From: Patellaria atrata CBS 101060 | Lineage: Eukaryota | NCBI GenBank assembly: GCA_010093705.1 | Contig: MU006089.1 | Coordinates: 2,529,561-2,593,560, forward strand | DNA length: 64,000 nt | Direction: 5' to 3' | Part shown: positions 24,974 through 38,922 of the stretch, piece by piece | How positions within the stretch are numbered: the first letter of the stretch is position 1 | Layout of the letters: the number at the start of each line of letters is the position of its first letter | Translations under genes and position numbers: made by a program | The notes under the pieces: model-generated | What the model was told of the DNA's origin: nothing | Database searches by the model: none | The model's input: the letters and a program-made list of their open reading frames with translations, nothing else

Positions 24974-27092
24974 TCATGACGTAGCAGTCACATCCGACTG
25001 TTTGATCTCCTTCATAGGGCTCACTACTGCATCCAGTGGTGCGGCGTGGAGTGGAGGTGGAGCACTCTTTCCCATCTTCCCCGCCCTACGTTTCTCGATA
25101 GCTGTAATGACCCACTCCGCAACCTCCTTATCAACAACATCAGGTGGTAGTTTTACGCCGCTAACTGAGGCGGTCGATGCATTAATATCTTCAATAGCGG
25201 TTGGTAGCGGCGCTCCAGATGCAGCGGCGGCCTCAGCAGCTTCTTCATCCTCCTCCATGATGACGGATGGTTGGGCGAGAGGCGCAAGCCATGCATGTTG
25301 GAGTAGCATGGCATAGGTCGGGCGCAGGTTAGGAATTTTGTGTAAACAGCCGCGCACAAAATTGCGTGCTGCCTCGGAGTAACCTTCTGCAGGCAAATCA
25401 GGGGGCTCACCGTCAACGATAGCCTGACGATTATTAGTATTAGCGATTCACTATAAATGATAGAGATATATCACTTACGCTCAACTGACTGAAGATATTG
25501 TTGTATGTTTCAGGAGGGTAAGGGTATCTACCTAAGGCAGATTCGATGAGTGTAAGACCTAAACTCCAAATATCGCTCTGAACACTGTATGTCCCTCCGC
25601 CGGGATTAGCACCTGCCTGTGCAATACCCCCACTAGAGATACGTTCAGGAGCCATGTAACTTTGACATCCAATGTTGGTCTTGGCGATGCTGGCTACCAG
25701 ATTACCACTGACTCCAAAATCGCAGATTTTGACTTGGCCTTTAGTATTCATGAGGATGTTGGTGGGTTTGACATCTCTATGAATGATATTGTGGTCATCC
25801 TTGAGAGACTTAAGACCTTGCGTAGTAGCGAGCGCGATCTTTCGCAGGACATTCTCTGGGATACCGTCGCCGTAAAGCTTGTCGATTGATCCGCCATCCA
25901 TGAACTCCATACATATGTAAACAGCTCCTTCCTGGAAGAAAGCTCCATAGAAGTCAACGATATGGGGAGATACACAGCGATGCAGAATATCGAGTTCCAT
26001 AATGATGGCGGCAAATTTCGCATCATCAAGTTCTAGACGGATCTCCTTCATGGCCATAATCACACCAGTTGTTCCGCCGGAAGTAGCAGAGGTGGGACTG
26101 TTGTCATCTGAGGACTTATTCGTGGGAGAATCGGGGCTCTTTAGGGAAGGCTGTAGCTTGTTTCCCGCAAGACCTTGACCTGGTCTCCTAATCTTTGGCC
26201 TGGCATGTCGAACCTTGTAAACCGTGCCGTAATTACCCTTTCCTAGCTCATCTAAAGTATCTACTTCATCTAGAGATATCTTAAAAGTACTGCCACCGGA
26301 GAACTCCACACCTTGCGCATTGATGGTAGCCTTTCCCTTGAATCGTAGGGTACCTGTTTCTTTGTCGATGTACTCCGAATACTTATCCATCATTGACCCT
26401 TGAGTTGCAGATGGTCCATTCGAAGCATTCCCGTCTGCCCCAGCATTCATTTGAGATAATGTGAGGCCTGGTTTCTTCTTCGCGGCAGGCGTCGGTGACG
26501 GTGCGCCAGGTAGACCTCCAGGCATTCTCATGCCCCTCTTCTCTGCTAATGAAGGTTTCTTACCTCCCATGTGCAGGTTTGGGACCGCAGGAGCAGATTG
26601 GAAGTTCATCAAATTGGGTTTTGCGAGGTTTGGTGGCATCTTGAAGCCAGCGGGGATTCCGCCAGGCCCCATTACCGGTCCTCCTGCGGATGACATGCTG
26701 ACTGGGCTAGTGACACCTTGACCTGGAGGACTTGCAAGTGGATTTGCCTGCGGGCGAGGGGCGCCCTGTCTGGACAATTGTAACGCCTTCATCTTTGCCT
26801 GTATATCCTGCGACACATTGAGTCCACTGGCTCGACTTGAGATAGGTGGTGGGTGAGGTCTTCGTGCAGCGTTCAAGGTGCCGAGGGGAGTTGAGGAAGT
26901 AGTCATATTTCCAGTTGTTGCGGAAGCTGACATAGAACGAGGGGAGAGACTGGGTGGTTCCAGTGAGGTTGCGCTGGCTATGGAGTGAGCAGCTGGGGGA
27001 GGTGCGAAAGGGGAAGATACTGGCGAAGGAGAGCCGGGTGTGGATGCAGCAGAATCCGAATCGATCTCTTGGTCCGGTGTTACTGCTGCCAT
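24974..27092 (-). CDS. PBS2: MAP kinase kinase Pbs2/Wis1 (HOG pathway), one intron at about 25424-25478
   Basis: ELGKGNYGTV, MAMKEIRLELD, HRDVKPTN, DFGVSGNLVASIAKTNIGCQSYMAPERI. Confidence 0.96.
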
Positions 27093-28782
27093 GGCGAATT
27101 ACGTTGAGAACAACGGGAGTTGCAGGTTTTGTGAAGCGTGAGCTACCGGCTCAGACTAACATGTGCAAGTACCGTACAAGTATCTGGCAGGTAAAGGCCA
27201 GAGACTAGGGAGGGAGTGGAAGTGCAAGACCACTAGTAAACTAAGCAGGATTCAGGAACAAGGCAAAAAAGAAAGACGTCGTAGTTGGTGAGTAAGATTA
27301 GGGTAAGGTAGGATAGGTACGTTGTTCAAGTTGCTTGTGGTTTTGGTGTGGCTGTGCGTTGACGTTGTGACGTGCTCTGGTTCGTCGGAGGCGGAAGGAA
27401 ATTCCAAGACTTTCAGCCTGTGACGAAATTGCACAAGCGTGCAAAAAACAAGAACTTGTCGAAAACCTCTTTCTGCTTGGTTTAAGAAAGATGGGTTCCC
27501 AAGCGGAGAGTAGCATAGGGGAGAACAGAAGGAGAGGTAGAGAATGCCGGGTGAGGTGGTCAAAGTAATTTTGCTTCTTCACTCCGTACATCAGGTATGA
27601 GGGCTTTTACGATCGATATGTACCTTCGTACAGAATAGTGTATTTAGTAGCGTACCGTAGCATGACATTGATTGGTACAGTACCTCTATATCCAGGTACA
27701 GAAAGATAGGTAATCCGATTCTGGGGATGGCAAGAAGATTAATAAGTAAAGATATAGATCGAAGACGAAGCAAATTCACCAGACACGTAGTTCTATCTGA
27801 CAATCAGCCATAGAATTACTGTGAGATGCGACCGGTTACCCAAATTATTAAAACCTCCTCTACGAGTACCAGGTACCTTAGTTCCATGCTTCATCTATCT
27901 GAGAGAGATGTACAGTACTTCGTACAGAATACATTCTGATGTTGACGCAACACAACACCTCATGAACAGTAGATTTGATGATCAGATATCTCAAATATGC
28001 AGGAGGAAGCTGGCAATCGTCGATGGCGTAAGGTAGGTGAAAGCGTACAGTGCATCCAAATAATACATATATACGCATAATCCTAAAGGAATCATCTTCA
28101 TATCAAGTTGAGACTTCCTCATCCAATGATACCTACCCGTATGGGAGATATACATGTGAATACGCATGTAAATAATAGAGATCGCAAGAAACCGTCATAC
28201 GGCGCTTCGTCCCATCAATTCCCCAGAAAATTGATCAGTGACGGGAGGGTTCCCCACCCACCTCATACTTGTGCAAGTGAAAAGCTCCAGCCACAGCATA
28301 AACTGCCACCGACGCTGGGCGCAGACGTACCTAACCTTAGCCTCCTTAGAAGGGTTATCGCCCACCAATTGCCTGGGCTGTTCCATTCCCTGTTCCCATC
28401 TCTACCTTTAACACGCCAGCGCTGCCCGGAGCACCTTCAAACAGCTCAACACCCAAAAAGGCCCGAACGAATCTCTCCTTTTGCAACCTTGCTTTTTATA
28501 ATCTCCCACTCTTGTTAAACATCGTCTTTGAGAGATCTACTCTCTTCTTTTCATTAGCATTTTTTCCGACTACCTCATCCTCCCCCTCAGAAATTCTAAC
28601 CTCCGCATCGGGTGATCGTCATCTCGAATCATCACCAACCATGCGTGCCTGAATCCTTCTAACGCACCTCCTCACTTCAACTACTTGTCTTCAACGGTCC
28701 TAAGGATACCGTTGTCCGTGGTCAACTTCAATTCTCACGGATCTGAAAGCGTCAAGCTTCCTATAATCACACACGCCGCACA

Positions 28783-30756
28783 ATGGCTTGGTCTTTCTTC
28801 TCTACGCCTACCTCATACCGCCTTGCGCAAACTAGCAATTTCGCCTTCGAATCAACGAATCTCCTTGCAATGACAAGCGATACTTCATACTTAGATGGCT
28901 TCAGGACGAAGCTCGCAGGCCACTCTTCACACCCGGACTTTGGCCATCTAGTTCTCCTAGTCTTCGAAGCTGTGCTGGAAGTGGTCTGCGTCAGCTTACC
29001 AGGATACATCGTAGCGAGACAAGGCATGTTCGATGCAGATGCTCAGAAATTCCTAGCGAATTTGAACGTGCAGTTGTTCACACCGTGTCTGAGTACGATC
29101 CCACGATTGTGTTTAGATAGAATCCGAGCTGACATACCCTTTCATAGTTTTTACGAAGCTTGCCTCCCAACTGACGGCGGATAAGCTCGTCGAATTGGCC
29201 GTCATTCCATTTATCTTCATTCTCCAAACAGCTGTTTCATTCATGGGCTCATGGTTGATATCAAAGGCATTCAAGTTTACAAAACGTCAAAGTAACTTTG
29301 TCATTGCAATGGGAGTACGTATACAGCTTGCTGTTCGTCAGCACACAGACTGACTTTTTGATATAGGTCTTTGGAAACTCAAACTCATTACCCATCTCTC
29401 TCGTCATATCCTTATCGAAGACGCTGAACGGTTTGCATTGGGACAAAATCCCTGGGGATAACGATGACGAAGTAGCTGCCCGAGGCATTCTCTATCTGCT
29501 TATCTTCCAACAATTAGGTCAACTAGTGCGATGGAGTTGGGGATATCATGTTCTCCTCGCCCCGGCTGACTCTTATAAGGAAGAAGATGAGGGCCGCCAT
29601 TCAGCCGTTGAGCAAGGCCGATACGGAGAAGATTCTGGTTTTCATGAACGACAGTATCTGCTTGATAGCGATTCTGATTCCGATAGTAGTGAAGGCTACA
29701 CGGACATTAACGACAACGCTGTAGGTCAGGAACCCGTCAAGCCACAGTCAGATTCGGATTACGAATCGGGAAGCGTCACACCGGTCAATAAGAGGAAGTA
29801 CGCCTCTGGATCGAGTAAAGACGGTGACTCCGATAATGGTCTCATAGTCGCCCCAACGAACGGAAATATCATAGCCAAGGGACCTGGCAGCCTCGCGAAC
29901 CATAACTTCAGGCAAGATTCTGCGGGCCATATCACTTCATTTCCGGTCCCTACCCCAAACCCTTCAGAAGAAAATCTACCGTCAGGACTCCAAGGCTGGT
30001 GGCTTCGGATCAAGCAGACCGTCGTACGATTTTGGTCCAAATGCACGAATGCGATACGCAACACCTCAAACAAAGCTTTCGACGCACTTCCAACACGGGT
30101 TCAAAAGATACTCTCTAAGATTGGGCATTGGCTCTGGAGATTCTTGCACGGTCTTTGGGAATTCATGAATCCGCCGCTCTGGGCAATGTTTGCTGCAATC
30201 ATTGTAGCTTCTATCCCACCTCTTCAGCATTTGTTTTTCCAACCTGGTACCTTTATTAACAACTCAGTCACCCGAGCGATTAGCCAGAGTGGCGGTGTTG
30301 CAGTTCCGTTGATTCTTGTTGTTCTTGGAGCCAACTTAGCTCGAAATACACTCCCTAAGGATGCCCAGAGTGGTATAGAAGACCCAAAAGTGGAAAGGAA
30401 CCTTCTGATTGCGTCCATTCTAAGCCGCATGCTGATACCGACGCTTCTTATGTCACCTTTTATTGCTATAATTGCGAAGTACGTTCCAGTAAGCATTCTG
30501 GATGATCCGATCTTCGTGATTGTGGTCTTCCTTCTCACCGGGGCACCGAGCGCGCTTCAGCTCGCACAGATCTGTCAGATCAATAATGTCTACATGGGCG
30601 CGATGTCTCGCCTCCTATTCCAGAGTTATGTTGTATGGTATGTACAATGCGCGAGCCCTTTCTCGCATAATGAGATACTAATGAATCACCAGGATCCTAC
30701 CCTCGACACTTGTTCTTGTGATGCTTGCTCTCGAAGTTGTGGAATGGGCAGCGTGA
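28783..30756 (+). CDS. Auxin-efflux-carrier/PILS-like (Mem_trans) membrane transporter, multi-exon
   Basis: LNVQLFTPCL, FGNSNSLPISL, RGILYLLIFQQLGQLVRWSWG, EFMNPPL, VPLILVVLGANL, PSALQLAQI. The start may instead be 28870. Confidence 0.9.
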
Positions 30757-31533
30757 TGGGTTGTTCTTTGCTCGAACCTACTATTCTAGATATACACTGT
30801 ACATTTTACGAATGGGATATGGTCATAGTTCATGCATGGTGTTCAGGCGCTACATTCACATTTTGGGCTTGACGGGAGGGTGTCTGGAAAGTCTTCGCCG
30901 TTCCCTTAGTTCAAGAGGGATACAGTCTTTCCGTTATCCTTCGAAGTCTAGATAGACAATTATCGGAATTATCATTCCTTTTTTTTCTTCTCAATTTTCC
31001 GAAACTCTGGTATCGAAACAGGCTTAGCAGGATCGATGGCTCGATGCACAGCGATGTCATCCATGGGTGTTATTAGGAACCCCTAGTTTTATAGCGGCTA
31101 TTAGCTCAACCAGCGACTCGGAGCAATTTGACAGGGATGACAAGTGTGGCTGGAAACAAAGCTTGAAAGAACCTGAACTATCGTGACTTGACTTCAGAAA
31201 TCCTTTCCTGCCCTTACTCTACTCCCTACCATCATAGAGAAGGGACAGGATAGTTATCCTTCTCTCCATTGGAAACAATCGTCTATTTCGTATTCTATCC
31301 CTCTACGTCATTAATATTGCTCCCTCTTAAGCCTGGTACCAGATAACTACACGGAAGATACCGTCTTGCCCAATCAGTCTCCCACGTGCCAGCCCAACAA
31401 AAGACTTAGGTTACGTCGCTTCGCAATTTGCAAAGTTTGTACTGTACAGTTTCCAACACATTAACACTTCAGTCTAAAGAGATTCGTACCCGACAAACCG
31501 ATCGATAACATCCTCTCATACTTGTCATACCCG

Positions 31534-34500
31534 ATGGCCGACTCAGCGTCCGGTCCGGACCGATCCCTTGATATGAGTCGCACTCCCAGAAGCGCTCTGA
31601 TGCCTCGGACCGGTTCCTATGAAGATACAACATCACCAAGATCGGGGTCTGCGAAGGGTGAGTGGATCCATTTGCTTACTTACTTTAGTCACAACTGTTG
31701 TATTCTCCTTTTGATTGTCTTCCTCAGTGGTGCTCGTCGAAATCGAGTCATTCTTGAGAGCGATACAAATACAATCCACTGTACTTTTACCACAAGGTAG
31801 CAAGCAGGTTCTAAATGGTTAATGAGTCTTCAATATTCCCTTCATATCTAGTACTGCAGTGTCATGCCTTTAGCAACATCTCTCCTAATACAATTTTCGT
31901 CAACTTAAATGTAGATGTCAAATTGTTCCTGGAATGCAAAACGATTCCCATCTGGTTCAAGTTCCTGCTTAAGGTCATCTTCCACAAATGGATCTAAAAA
32001 GAAATAAATACATCTTGAGAATATCCGTGCGCTATCAAGTAAACATATTGAGGCTTATATGTCGTATATATCCAGTTGTCACAATCGCAGAACCTGAAAG
32101 CATATCGCCTATGATGCGAGGAAAAAACAAAGAAATTGACCCCTTCGACCTTGATGCATCTGCCCCAAAGCAACATCGCGCATCAGTCAGCGGTAAACGC
32201 CTCTCTGGAAGGCCCCCTATTGAACGGCCTGGCTCAAAGTCGAGTCTTCGTGGCTCTCCGTCCATCGAGAACATAGCAGATGAGATATCCCAAGCTGCCA
32301 GCCGACCAAACTCGCGCCATAACTCGATAGATCAAGGTTTGCTCGCTCAAATTACGAAATGGGTGCAACAGGAGAGAGCGCGTAGAACAGCACGGAAGAC
32401 GAAGAGTGAGTCAACGTCGGTTGGCCCTACACTAGACCAGGATGAACAGTCATCCGGTCAATTGGATGGACCTGCAGAAACCCAGCCGAAAAGGCTTTCA
32501 GATTCTTCAGAGGGTTCTGTGGCTCTCGATCAACTCCAAGCTTTACTGGATAGAACAATGAACTTGAATCTCGGGGACAGATCATCTGGAGGGAGACAAT
32601 CAATCGGCCATCGGTTATCCTCCATCCGAAAACTTGGACGACGATCTACTGCGGCTTCTTCTGATAACGATGTGCAGGATACCGAGCTCGTTGTGCCATC
32701 ATGCGATACTATCCTCGATAATTCAAAGACTATGTCTTATACAGGAGGCGGAGCAGATGATGAAGGTCGGGAGGACGGTTCTAAGAGAAAAGATAAAGAA
32801 GCTTGGAATGCGTTCAAATATGAGATTGTCCGGTTGACCCATACCTTAAGATTGAAAGGATGGCGAAGGGTTCCCCTGGAAAAGAGTGGCGATATCGAAG
32901 TAGAAAGACTCAGCGGTGCTTTGACTAATGCCGTCTACGTTGTTACTCCACCGAAAAACATATCTTCTCGTCGAACGGAGACTGACGACGGTACTGCCTC
33001 AGTTGCCCCTAGTAAACCTCCAAAGTAAGTTATTCATAATATCGCAAGCTTAGATTCTACTAACGAGAGAACTAGCAAACTGCTCCTCCGTATCTATGGA
33101 CCCCAAGTTGAGCATCTTATTGATAGAGAGGCCGAGCTTCAGATTCTCCGCCGCCTTGCCCGTAAACACATTGGCCCACGTCTCCTTGGGACGTTCAACA
33201 ATGGTCGCTTCGAACAGTTCCTCCATGCCCGTACTCTCACACCAAAGGATCTCCGTGATCCTGAGACATCAAAGAAGATCGCTAAACGTATGCGAGAACT
33301 GCATGAGGGCATTGACCTACTGGCCAAGGAACGTGAAGACGGCGCATTTGTCTGGCGTAACTGGGACAAATGGGTGGAGAGATGCGAACAAGTTATCACC
33401 TGGCTGGACAAGCAGATTCTCGAACCTGAAGCTAGCCCTACACAGACAAAGTCTGAAGCATGGAAGAAGAGAGGATTAATTTGTGGTGTCGAATGGCATG
33501 TATTCCGACAGACTGTCGAAAAATATCGGAAGTGGTTAGACGCACAGTATGGCGGTAGTGACCGGGTCAAGGAACGGCTCGTATTTGCTCATAACGATGT
33601 TAGTATCCTGCTTATGTTGCGGAATAAAGGACTAACTGTATATCTCAGGCACAATACGGCAATATTCTTCGCCTTGTTCCCGAGGGAGAGTCACCTCTTC
33701 TCCACCCAGCAAATGAACATAAACAACTCGTTGTGATCGACTTCGAGTACGCCAACGCGAACCTTCCTGGTCTTGAGTTCGCAAATCACTTCGTAAGCCC
33801 CCTTTACGCGCTGTTTTGTTCTCCCCACTTTTCTAGCGAACCTTTATCCATGTCTCTCTGAGATTCCCCTATTCGCTTCCCCCATAATATCTCATATCCG
33901 GTTCCTTCTTATGCTTAATATCCACTAATATCTCCCCTTAGACTGAATGGTGCTACAACTATCATGACCCTAACCATCCCCACCTCTGCGACACCACCCT
34001 CTACCCGACGCCGCACGAACAACGGCGCTTCATCCGCGCCTACGTTCTCCATGACCCGCCTCACCACCCCTCCACAACCACTCCCGTCCAGACTCCCTCC
34101 CTTCACCCCACCACGCCCTCTTCGTCCTCCCTCTCGGTCTTCATGCTCGACTCGCGCACTCCGACCCGCGAGCAAGAAGAGAAAGACGCCAAAGAGGACG
34201 AGAGGGTAGAAAAGGAAGTCGAAAGACTGATCCACGAGACGCGCCTGTGGAGGCTAGCCAACAGCGCGCAGTGGGTCGCATGGGGCATCGTGCAAGCGAA
34301 GGTGGAGGGACTGCCGGCGGAGAAGAAGGGGAAGAACAAGAAACGCACCAACTCCGAGGACACAGCCGCTGATAAACCGCACGAGTCTATGGGTGCCAAA
34401 CTCCTCCATCTCCTCCCCGGCCGTGGCGGGTCAGATCCCCTGGAGGGCGAGGAGGTGGATATGGCGCGCGATATGGAGGATAAGCGCCCGGATCCGGAGG

Positions 34501-34661
34501 AGGGGACTAAGAACGAGGAGGACGAGGAGGAGTTTGATTATCTGGCGTATGCGCAGAGTAGGGCTATGTTCTTCTGGGGGGATGCGGTGGCTTTGGGGGT
34601 TGTGGATAAGGAGGAGTTGCCTGAGGGACTTGGGGCAGGATTGAGGGAGGTCGAATTTTAG
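31534..34661 (+). CDS. Choline/ethanolamine kinase, multi-exon (first intron 31658-32075)
   Basis: RLSGALTNAVY, LLRIYGP, FNNGRFEQF, FAHND.QYGN, IDFEYA, FDYLAYA. Confidence 0.94.
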
Positions 34662-34809
34662 GTTTTTCTCTGGTTGTGGGAGGTTGGATCTTGCTGTGGG
34701 ATAGGGGGCTGATTGGATTCTGTTCTGTGCGTTTGAGGGGATCTGGGGAATAGGGGTGATGTATATGTAGGCGGTCGAATTAGAAGTGTTGCTGTTGTGT
34801 TAGATGTCT

Positions 34810-35570
34810 ATCCGTTCGTGTTCGCACCGTCTATGCAGATAGCTGAAATGTACGAAACGGTTCTGGTGATTTGGGGGTCCGGTTATCGGGACTCTGGATA
34901 CTGTATGCCCTATTCATCCGTCCTCGTTCGATGTATCCTCGAATCTGCGCGAGGATAGATGAAATGCTCGAATCGTTAAGTATCTGTACCGGCAGTATTC
35001 CGTCGACTGTACACATTACGTATTGGATCTCGTTCGAATCGTTTTTAAATCAGAGGAAGAATGGAGGAGAATGTTTTGGTATCATCCGCCTGTAGCAATT
35101 GTAGTGAGTCTACCGTATTAAAAACTCATTTCAATCAAGGTCAACGTGTTCTTGGGATAGAGCGGGATTTCTGGGATCATTTACGCCGTCATGCACCTGT
35201 ATTATCTATTCTCCGCGTATCCTACTGAGGAGCTAATCATTCCTAGTCAAGGTGTTCTTGGAGTATACTGAGGTTTGAAAGATCTCTTGAGATATCGTAC
35301 ACCAATGCGGCCAGTATTCAGTCTATACGATAACTTACTCATCCATTCCCTATCGAGGTATCCTTGGATCTGAGCGAGGTTTGAGAAAACGCACTCCTCG
35401 CTGTTCATGTGTACTACTTATATCCAGTCTACCATATAATTCAGTCACACCTTCTCGTTGAGGGTGTTCTTTGATGAGAGTGAAATTTCAAGAATTTCAC
35501 TTGCTGGTAAGCGTCTATGCTACGTGTATTCAGGTTACTATGAGGGATGACTAGCTTTTTCCGTTCGAAC
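34810..35570. repeat. Highly diverged tandem array with a period of about 106 bp (about 7 units)
   Basis: GT[GA]T[TC]CTT[GT]G core at 35146, 35252, 35358 and 35464; GTAT[TC]CAG-type core at 34993, 35100, 35312, 35418 and 35524. Confidence 0.7.
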
Positions 35571-35772
35571 TGTATGTTAAATAGAGGGAGATTGGTGGAA
35601 GAGAGTCATACAGGTTTAGGACTGTACAATCCCAACCCCATCTCCTGAGGACCTAGTTGATTGGTTTCCGTTCACACGATCAGTTCATTAATGTGAAAAA
35701 TATACCGGAGCTCAAACTGATTTAGTACTATCCGAAACCCATCTTCTGTATATGATTACTGGAAGTTAATCT

Positions 35773-36923
35773 CTATATCATCATCCATACCAACGAACTC
35801 GCAACCCCGATCAAAAGATCATACCCCAACGCCCTGGTAGGAGGATTCTTATTCAGAGAAGCCAGAGATTGTTGAAGCGTCCATCCATGAACGACAAGAT
35901 AACTGGCTCTAGCGAAAGTGGAGATCGTACCAGTAACAACCAAGAATCCCATAGCCGGTTCCGTGAGCTTGGTCGCCTCTTCAGGGAGCAAATAGGGAAC
36001 GAAAAGAAGTAGCCGAGGAATCAAGATGAGAAGATGCAACACTGGAGAATCCACAGCATACGGTAGCAAGTTCGTGGATATAACATACGTAACGGTAGAC
36101 AGCAAGAGGAACGCGCCAGATAGATTCGGTTCTGATATTTCGGGGTAGATTTCTTTGATGAGTTCGCTCTTGTCCTTGTCGTTATCGACTTTCTTAAGCT
36201 CCTGGTTCGGTTTAGGCACCTCCGTGGCGATTACGGAAGCGATATAGAAGAGGATCTGCGTAAAACTGACCGGGAGAATTTGACCGAGAACAAAGAACGC
36301 CCAGAGGTTGGGGACCTTTTTCTGTTTGCCTATAGTTTTGATTAGTTCAGTATCAAAGGATATATTCTGGCCTCTCTCCCCCAAAGAGACTGGTCTCAAA
36401 CTATCTTGGTCATAGGCAAGCTATTTATTGCAACCAGGTTCGAACAGAAACCCAGGTCTTATATTATGCTTGATTTATATCATAGAATTGAAAGATACTA
36501 CGTACCATTAGAGGCCATATACAAACTCACTCCCATCGTCCAAGTCAAAGCAGCGTACGTCCACCATACCGTCCCCTGAGCTACCCAAAGGTCCCTTGCA
36601 AAATCCCGGGATAAGGAAGATTCTTTCATCCAAGCCCATAGAGCGTCTACAGAGACTTCATGCTTACAGCCTGTCCGCTGCTTCCAGCCAGACAGAGATT
36701 GCAGGAGTACATCTATCATGCGATGTGATAGTACCGAGAAAGACAACCCTGCTAACCCGGCCAACAGGTGTATTTTCGACGAAGCCCCCGGAGGCAGTTG
36801 AGAAGCTCTGGATTTGTAGAATGAAAGGAGTGTGGTGATGACGAAGAGAATGCAAAAGAGCGCTGCGGCGATGTAACCGATGAACAGCACAGCACCAGAA
36901 TAGTTATCCATATTTACTGGCAT
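35773..36923 (-). CDS. Conserved fungal multi-pass membrane protein of unknown function (1 intron)
   Basis: Hydrophobic ORFs 36953-36498 and 36399-35773, with motifs LAGLSFSVLS..M, LGQILPVSF and ALGYD. Confidence 0.75.
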
Positions 36924-37529
36924 GTCTATAAAATGACTGAAGCCTCCCACCATGCGGCGGGAGCAATATTAACTTTTTATACACGACTGGTAGTCAAAAA
37001 CGAGCTTCCTCTTTGGGATAGACGACGGCGAATTGATAAGCCGGGAGATACCGACTCTTCCTGTCAGTCAAACCCGGGACGTCTGAACATCAAAGCTCAG
37101 GTACAGGATCAGAATGCATCCAAATTATAGATGGAGAGCATCTGAATAGGTCCTGAGGTAAAGCATCATCTCAGCTCAAGCAATAGGTGCCGAGAGAAAC
37201 TTGAGCCAACCGCATCGCGACGATGCAATGCTCCCGCCCGACAGGGATGCAACGACCAACTTCCCACCTCTGACGTATACGGGTGTGACAGACTCAGGCT
37301 GAGACTAGAAACAGCTTCGAAGGGATTTTAGTACGAGGATCCTCCGCACGATAATCACCATAGAACATCATCTCACTTCCTCCTGACACCACCAACGGCT
37401 TCAAAGTTCAAACGCTATAGAACTGCTACCACCGTACGCCAGACCCTACCCTACCCACCACAAAAGCACTCCAAAACCCTCACAACCAAACCAAGCCAAA
37501 CTCCTCCCCATCCCCCAAAACCTAAAAGA

Positions 37530-37877
37530 ATGCCCTTCCCCATCCTCTTCACCATCGGCGGCAACCGGCACGAGCTGATCCTCGTCCCGCACGACACCCC
37601 CCTCGGTGATCTCAACGACGCCATCGCCCGGGCCGCGGCCTCGTCGCCCAACTGCGCCGAGTTCATGTCCAAGTACAAGAAGCAGGAGGAGGCCGAGACG
37701 GTGACCGAGATCAAAGTGCGCTGGTCGGCACAGGGACGCGACGCTAAGATCTGGCCGGCGACGACGGTCGTGACGGCGGAGAACTGCACGGCTGTGCTCT
37801 TGATGATGGAGAAGGGCGTCGGGCAGGATGTGTTGGAGGTTAAATTGGGTGGGCCGCAGGCGGGGGATAAGAGTTAA
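37530..37877 (+). CDS. Small conserved hypothetical protein (115 aa)
   Basis: Strong codon bias, good start context, and an IKVRWS..WP.TTVVT.EN..AVL..DVLEV pattern. Confidence 0.75.
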   Translation: MPFPILFTIGGNRHELILVPHDTPLGDLNDAIARAAASSPNCAEFMSKYKKQEEAETVTEIKVRWSAQGRDAKIWPATTVVTAENCTAVLLMMEKGVGQDVLEVKLGGPQAGDKS

Positions 37878-38373
37878 GGGACACTGGCAGGGGTGGAGTG
37901 GAGATGTTGGTCTTGATTTTTTGTTAATGAGGTGGGATGGTTATGTTTCTGATGCCATGGGGTGGGGTTGCGATGCTGGTTAGTGTGCTTAATTGATGAT
38001 GTTACGACATTTGTGTACACCACATATTATTCAAGTGTATTATGTTATGTTTCTTGATACAGTATTCATGATTACTATATGCTAGCTTGATTCGTGTCTC
38101 AAGTCGGAGTGAGTCCTAAAGTCTCCAGTATGTCCTCATGATTCCCTATATAGAAGGATCAAGGACATCCTGAACAGTGAGCCTACAGTACGCGAGGGAT
38201 GACAAGCGTAGGGAACGGATAACAGTCCCTAAATCCCAAATAAGACGAATACGAAGGGTCCTTTTCATGGATTAGTCCTATGTTCGAATCGACAAGAACT
38301 TCTAATCCAACCTCTAAGCACGTTTCAGAGTCCATATACGGCTTGTTTTAAGCGGTCAAAAATTCATAGGTAG

Positions 38374-38922
38374 TAGGGTGGGCAATCGTTACTAACGAAT
38401 CGCGTTACTAACGTTAGTCCGTGAATTACTCAACGTGACTCTTAAAACTCCGCTAGTAACGTTAGAAACGATTAACTAGAATAGGTGATAATTAGCTGAA
38501 ATAGGTATATATTCTCAGCCCATCTAATTACGTGCCTACAATACCTATAGAAATAGCCTTATTAGGCTAGGCCAGTGACTAGCTAGTCTAGTCCAACAGA
38601 TGCTGTCACGGATCCAGACTCGTGGCACAAGCAAGGATATAGAATACGAGGACAGTAGATCATCAGATAAGATATCAGCTAGTGGCTTGGCACGATCATA
38701 ATCCACTTGTCGGATCGTGCCTCGCGATCTATCTTGATACTCTTTGCGTGTTACTTTCGTAGCCAATTAACTAGTTACTATTACTTTGACACCATCTTTG
38801 ATTACTTGAGAACGAACCCTTATAGATGCTCTTATTAATTATGTGCTGCTGGATTAGGTTAGCGCGTGAATAAGGCGTAAGTAACTTTAGTAACGCTGGT
38901 AACGTGAATCTTGCCCACCCTA
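38374..38922. mobile_element. Non-autonomous hAT-superfamily element (MITE), 549 bp
   Basis: 12-bp perfect TIRs TAGGGTGGGCAA...TTGCCCACCCTA, 8-bp TSD ATAGGTAG at 38366-38373 and 38923-38930, and subterminal CGTTAC/GTAACG repeats. Confidence 0.93.

Noticed and set aside
31658..32075. ncRNA in the long choline kinase intron (also the PAN3 intron at about 47586-47797)
   Set aside because: No convincing C/D or H/ACA box arrangement or stable stems were seen.
38545..38766. 73-aa ORF inside the MITE as a transposase remnant
   Set aside because: No recognisable hAT DDE or dimerisation motifs by eye; a TBLASTX search would be needed.
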